DNA of 64,000 nucleotides from Gammaproteobacteria bacterium (GTDB lineage Bacteria; Pseudomonadota; Gammaproteobacteria; HTCC5015): NCBI GenBank assembly GCA_016928055.1, contig JAFGLM010000001.1, positions 31,260 to 95,259 of the forward strand, read 5' to 3'. Shown piece by piece: positions 57,988 to 64,000 of this stretch (position 1 is its first letter; each line of letters starts with the position of its first letter). The notes under the pieces were generated by a model. It saw only the letters and a program-made list of their open reading frames with translations, ran no database searches and was not told where the DNA came from. The position numbers and the translations under genes were made by a program.

Positions 57988-58569
57988 ATGATACACGCTT
58001 TACCCAAACTACCCTATGCCATGGATGCACTACAGCCTCATATCTCCAAAGAGACGCTGGAGTATCACTATGGTAAACACCATCAAGCGTATGTGAATAA
58101 ATTGAATGAACTGATTGCGGGTACCGAATACGAAAATGATTCCCTGGAAGATATCATCAAGAAATCGTCCGGCCCTCTGTTTAATAACGCCGCGCAAGTC
58201 TGGAACCATACCTTCTATTGGAATGGCCTGAAGCCGAAAGGCGGTGGTACGCCTTCCGGTGCGCTGGCAAAAGCCATTGATGCCCGCTGGGGTTCTTTTG
58301 ATCAATTTAAAGAAACTTTTACCAATTCCGGTATCGGTAATTTCGGTTCAGGTTGGACCTGGCTGGTTCAAAAAACCGACGGTGCGCTTGATATTGTCAA
58401 TACCGCCAATGCGGGAACTCCAATAACCGGCTCGGATAAACCCTTGCTGACCTGTGATGTATGGGAGCACGCCTATTACGTTGACTACCGTAACGCTCGG
58501 CCTAAATACATCGAATCCTTCTGGCAACTGGTTAACTGGGATTTTGTTGCGCAAAACCTGGCCAAATAA
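57988..58569 (+). CDS. sodB: Superoxide dismutase [Fe]
   Basis: [39 protein letters not shown] (Fe-type) and DVWEHAYY. Confidence 0.95.
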   Translation: MIHALPKLPYAMDALQPHISKETLEYHYGKHHQAYVNKLNELIAGTEYENDSLEDIIKKSSGPLFNNAAQVWNHTFYWNGLKPKGGGTPSGALAKAIDARWGSFDQFKETFTNSGIGNFGSGWTWLVQKTDGALDIVNTANAGTPITGSDKPLLTCDVWEHAYYVDYRNARPKYIESFWQLVNWDFVAQNLAK

Positions 58570-58584
58570 GGCGCGAACCTAACA

Positions 58585-58617
58585 GGAACCTCTGACTCGG
58601 TCAGAGGTTCCTTTTTT
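58585..58617. terminator. Rho-independent terminator after sodB (also faces the hflC 3' end)
   Basis: ggaacctctgac-tcg-gtcagaggttcc is a 12-bp perfect stem followed by TTTTTT. Confidence 0.9.
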
Positions 58618-58627
58618 ATGAACCAGC

Positions 58628-59587
58628 TTATTTACCCGACATGCCTTTCAGGAATTTAAATAAATCGCTGTCGGTTGAAAGTACCAAAGTGGTATTGCTG
58701 TCAATCGTCGATTTATAAGTTTCCAGAGTCTGGATAAATTCATAGAACTCCACGGCGGTGCGATTTTGGTTATAGGCTCTGGCATAAATCGCTGTCGCCT
58801 GTGCATCCGCTTCACCACGAATTTTCTCAACGCTGCGATACGCTTCCGACTGGATTTTATTCAGATCCCGTTCGCGGTTGCCAATAATTCTGGCTGCCTC
58901 ACCGTTGCCTTCGGAACGAAAACGCTCGGCGATCTGCCGCCGTTCGCTGATCATGCGATCATAAATTTTCGGCCTGACGCTGGCGTTGTAATTTATGCGT
59001 TTAAAACGAATATCCAGCAGCTCGATTCCGAATACCAACACTTTCGGCGCGGCCTCGGCAAAAATTTCTTCCTCGACTTTTTGGCGACCTTTATGAATCG
59101 GTACCAATGCACCCACTACATTGTTTTCATCGTTTATCGTTTCATCTTGCAGCGGTATACGATCTTTGGTTGTGCGGATAATTTCAATCAACTCGTGTTT
59201 AGCAACTGCATTACGGGTTTCACTGCCCAGAATATCTTCCAGCCGTGATTGTGCGCTACGTTCATCGCGCAGCCTTAAAAAATATTGCAGAGGATCGATA
59301 ATACGCCAACGCGCAAACAAGTCGACTGAAATATAAAGTTTGTCTTTGGTCGGCATATCGGAAGGATTACCGTCCCATTCGAGTATACGTTTATCAATCC
59401 GATTCACGTCCTGTATAAATGGAACTTTGATATGCAGCCCGGCATCGGTCACCGGCTCGCCGACCGGATCACCAAACTGAGTTATGATAACCTGCTCGAT
59501 TTCGCGCACCGTATAAAGTGAGCTCAGCGTAACAGCAGTAGCAACAAAAAGCAGCACTAATAGAATAAATTGTTTTACTGATTTCAT
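58628..59587 (-). CDS. hflC: FtsH protease modulator HflC
   Basis: SPFH/band-7 domain. LYTVREIEQVIITQFGDP...GLHIKVPFIQDV. ATGA overlap with hflK. Confidence 0.85.
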   Translation of the reverse strand: MKSVKQFILLVLLFVATAVTLSSLYTVREIEQVIITQFGDPVGEPVTDAGLHIKVPFIQDVNRIDKRILEWDGNPSDMPTKDKLYISVDLFARWRIIDPLQYFLRLRDERSAQSRLEDILGSETRNAVAKHELIEIIRTTKDRIPLQDETINDENNVVGALVPIHKGRQKVEEEIFAEAAPKVLVFGIELLDIRFKRINYNASVRPKIYDRMISERRQIAERFRSEGNGEAARIIGNRERDLNKIQSEAYRSVEKIRGEADAQATAIYARAYNQNRTAVEFYEFIQTLETYKSTIDSNTTLVLSTDSDLFKFLKGMSGK

Positions 59588-60543
59588 TTCTTTGCTCCTT
59601 GTGCTGAATCCAGATTAAGTAGCGGTAATAAATTCTTCATATCGTCATCAACGATGACCTTTGAATTAAGCTTAGGTAACACATCGCGCATCGCCTCCAG
59701 ATAAATTCGCCGCCTCGTCACTTCCGGCGCTTTGATATATTCCGCTAACACCGAGTTAAAGCGAGCCACATCGCCTTGCGCTTCATTGACACGTTTGAGT
59801 TTATAACCCTCGGCTTCACGAATACGCTGATCTTTTTCGCCTTCAGCCAGCGGAATCACCTTGTTATACGCACGGCGGGCCTCATTAATCAGTTTTTCTT
59901 TTTCCTGTTGCGCCTGATTCACTTCATTAAATGATTCTTGTACCGGCCTGGGTGGATTGATATTCTTCAATTGCACCTGATCAATACTGATTCCCAACTC
60001 ATATTTTTTGGCCAATTCCTGCATCTTGCGTAAGGCATCAACCTCGATTTCCTGGCGCCCGATGGTAATGACTTCATCAACTGTTCGATCACCAACCACC
60101 TCACGCATCACCGATTCCGAAACATCTCGTAGCGTTAATTGCGGGTCACGCACATGAAATAAAAACAGCTGTGGCTCGGAGATACGGTACTGCACCACCC
60201 ATTCCACCAAAGCGGCATTCAAATCACCCGTCACCATCTGTGATTCTCTGTCCGGACTTTGTGAATACTGATAGCGATCTGAAGCACCCGGCGTCGAAAA
60301 CCCGTATTCCTGCTTCAGCTGACGCTCAACCGGCACGATGGTCACCACATCCATACCCCAGGGTAGTTTAAAATGCAGCCCGGGCGGCACCTCCTTGGCA
60401 TATTTCCCAAATCGCTGAATGACACCGACCGAATTGCTGGGTACGGTATAAAATACCGACCAGATCCCCATTACAATCAGAATGCCAACGATGATTACCG
60501 GCGTCGAAGCGTTCCGAATGAAATTGAGTGTACGTAAATTCAT
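59584..60543 (-). CDS. hflK: FtsH protease modulator HflK
   Basis: N-terminal transmembrane segment. FYTVPSNSVGVIQRFGKY...PGLHFKLPWG. SPFH domain plus a coiled-coil tail. Confidence 0.85.
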   Translation of the reverse strand: MNLRTLNFIRNASTPVIIVGILIVMGIWSVFYTVPSNSVGVIQRFGKYAKEVPPGLHFKLPWGMDVVTIVPVERQLKQEYGFSTPGASDRYQYSQSPDRESQMVTGDLNAALVEWVVQYRISEPQLFLFHVRDPQLTLRDVSESVMREVVGDRTVDEVITIGRQEIEVDALRKMQELAKKYELGISIDQVQLKNINPPRPVQESFNEVNQAQQEKEKLINEARRAYNKVIPLAEGEKDQRIREAEGYKLKRVNEAQGDVARFNSVLAEYIKAPEVTRRRIYLEAMRDVLPKLNSKVIVDDDMKNLLPLLNLDSAQGAKK

Positions 60544-61080
60544 TGTCTAGATCCCCTTGAATCAAAAAACGGGGTACAGCATACGTTGAAGTGAATAAAT
60601 TTTCCACGCATGCTGAACCATTCACAGCGGCGCGCAATGCCGCAAATTTTTGTGAATAATAAAAGCATTGGCGGTTTTGCAGAGCTGAGAAAGCAAATCC
60701 TAACGTGGTGATTTTTTTCGAAAAATTAAAATAGCCTCTCCAGCGGGCTTTTTCGCCCATTTTTCATGGTTATCCTGATAAATCAAAACCATAACAAACA
60801 AAAGCTGGCTTTTCCCGCTCAGTGCCCGTATAGTCGCGCCACCTTGACCGGCCGGAGCCGGAACAAGAAGCGACGTTTCTGACCTTCCTTGTGTTTTCTT
60901 CTATCACTTGCAATCTGGTTAGCAGCGCAGGGCCCAATCGCCTGATGCGGTTTATTGCGTCAGCCACAGAGGCCCAATGAGTGAACCAGGTCGAGTGACT
61001 CCCGTTGCGGGCGTCCCGCCCATGTTCTTATCGATTTTCCACAAACCGTCTGTCGACACTCGACAGCTATAGGTAATGTC

Positions 61081-62376
<1,296 letters not shown>

Positions 62377-62404
62377 CCTTACTTAATCCGAGAACGATAA
62401 CAAT

Positions 62405-63733
62405 ATGTCATTTGAATCCCTCGGTCTCAGGACCGAATTGCTCCGTGCAGTCACCGAAAAGGGCTATAGCATCCCAACCCCGATACAACGCCAGGCCATA
62501 CCCATTGTCCTTGAAGGGCGCGACCTGATGGGGGGCGCCCAGACCGGCACTGGCAAAACCGCCGGTTTCACGCTGCCGTTGTTGCAAAGATTAATGCTGT
62601 CGAATGGTCCGGCAAGCAAAGAACGTCGCCCCATCCGCGCCCTGATTCTGACTCCTACCCGGGAGCTGGCCGCCCAGGTGGCCGAAAGCGTACAAACCTA
62701 TGGCAGGCACCTGCCACTGCGTGCTGCGGTGATTTTTGGTGGTGTTAGCATTAATCCGCAAATCAAGCAGCTGCGTGCGGGTGTTGATATTTTGATCGCC
62801 ACGCCGGGTCGCTTACTGGACCACCTCAGCCAAAACACCATTAGCCTTGCGAAAGTGGAAACGCTGATACTTGATGAAGCTGACCGCATGCTGGACATGG
62901 GTTTTATTCGCGATATCCGCAAAGTCCTCGCCATGGTACCCAAAAAGAAACAAACACTACTGTTCTCAGCCACGTTCTCGACTGAAATCAAACAACTGGC
63001 CAACGGACTGTTGCACTCACCCGCTTTAATTGAAGTGGCGCGGGACAATATCACAGCCGAGGGTATTAGCCAGGTTGTTCATCTGGTCGATAAAATTCGA
63101 AAACGTGAACTGTTATCGCACCTGATTCGTTCCAAAAACTGGCAACAGGTGCTGGTATTCGGTCGCACCAAACATGGTGCCAACCGTCTTTCTGAACAGT
63201 TAATGTCCGATGGCATCACGGCCACCGCACTGCATGGCAATAAGAGTCAGGGTGCGCGAACCAAGGCACTGGCGGATTTCAAATCGGGCAACGTTCGGGT
63301 TCTGGTCGCAACAGACATCGCAGCGCGCGGACTGGACATCAATCAATTGCCCCATGTGGTGAATTTTGAATTACCAAACGTTGCAGAAGATTATGTTCAT
63401 CGCATCGGTCGCACCGGTCGCGCCGGCCGCGAAGGCGGTGCCTTATCATTAGTGTGCATTGATGAATTGGGTTTACTCAAGGACATCGAACGGCTTTTAA
63501 AGCGTGAGATTCCCAAAGTGATGATCGATGATTACCAACCCGACCCGACCATCAAAGCCGAACCCATCAACAAAGGCCGCAGTCAACAGCCACGCGCGGC
63601 AAGAAAACCTGCGGAAAAGAAATCATCGTCACCGCGCAATAATCAACGTCCGTCATTTAAAGGTCGCGCTAAAAGTCGACCGCAGAATCAACCGAAGAAT
63701 CGCTCAGGGTATAGCTCGCAAGCCGCACGATAA
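62405..63733 (+). CDS. rhlE: DEAD-box ATP-dependent RNA helicase RhlE (copy 2)
   Basis: [47 protein letters not shown], and a basic C-terminal tail. Confidence 0.9.
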   Translation: MSFESLGLRTELLRAVTEKGYSIPTPIQRQAIPIVLEGRDLMGGAQTGTGKTAGFTLPLLQRLMLSNGPASKERRPIRALILTPTRELAAQVAESVQTYGRHLPLRAAVIFGGVSINPQIKQLRAGVDILIATPGRLLDHLSQNTISLAKVETLILDEADRMLDMGFIRDIRKVLAMVPKKKQTLLFSATFSTEIKQLANGLLHSPALIEVARDNITAEGISQVVHLVDKIRKRELLSHLIRSKNWQQVLVFGRTKHGANRLSEQLMSDGITATALHGNKSQGARTKALADFKSGNVRVLVATDIAARGLDINQLPHVVNFELPNVAEDYVHRIGRTGRAGREGGALSLVCIDELGLLKDIERLLKREIPKVMIDDYQPDPTIKAEPINKGRSQQPRAARKPAEKKSSSPRNNQRPSFKGRAKSRPQNQPKNRSGYSSQAAR

Positions 63734-63763
63734 AATATAATCCGCACTGATGGGTTTATGGAT

Positions 63764-63839
<76 letters not shown>

Positions 63840-63842
63840 ATC

Positions 63843-64000
63843 CTATTTCTTCTTTTTCTCCAGCATCGATTTGAGATCTGCGAACGGACTATGCGTGGCG
63901 GCAGCACTTTCGCCATTTCCGGATGAAATATACCCCTGCTGCGCTTCCACCTGCCGCTGATGTTCATTGTCGTGGCAATATACGCACAGTAACTCCCAGT
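63843..64000 (-). CDS. yajD: HNH nuclease YajD (C-terminal 52 codons; N-terminus beyond the right edge)
   Basis: Reverse translation gives WELLCVYCHDNEHQRQVEAQQGY...SPFADLKSMLEKKKK*. This closely parallels the E. coli YajD C-terminus (NWELLCLYCHDHEH...NPFADLKAMMNKKK). Confidence 0.8.
   Translation of the reverse strand, partial: WELLCVYCHDNEHQRQVEAQQGYISSGNGESAAATHSPFADLKSMLEKKKK

Overview
64 kb chromosomal segment. Gene content (fabA-fabB, ubiT/U/V, hflKC, pbpC with yfhM, feoAB, cusBA) fits a moderately low-GC gammaproteobacterium. I call about 55 CDS, one tRNA, three clear rho-independent terminators and one Fur box. I saw no rRNA, CRISPR array, transposase, integrase or phage genes. Left to right: cusBA metal efflux (cusA truncated at the edge); a seven-gene minus-strand operon of Sec-exported proteins with no recognisable function (4851-15327); a Tat-dependent GMC flavoprotein dehydrogenase pair; a TIGR01212 radical-SAM gene with ubiU-ubiV, convergent ubiT and divergent ctaA; a TetR gene; fabA-fabB-pdxH-hemN; pdxB; a sugar-acid cluster (LarA-like, SDR, UxaE-like epimerase, gnd, PfkB kinase); ATP-grasp, GNAT and blc; feoAB with Fur box; fetB-like permease; a YbaK-like protein; a LolA-like/FtsX/FtsX/ABC/outer-membrane barrel operon followed by a GH28 lipoprotein; yfhM (alpha-2-macroglobulin), pbpC and an M15 peptidase; sodB; hflKC; two tandem rhlE-like DEAD-box helicases in a GC-rich patch; tRNA-Ala(CGC); partial yajD. 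The best candidate for an undescribed system is the 4851-15327 operon. Five of its seven products share N- and C-terminal modules that I cannot assign to any family, all have signal peptides, and the cluster encodes no enzyme, ATPase, secretin/usher or regulator. All functional calls rest on reading the translations by eye; no searches were run.
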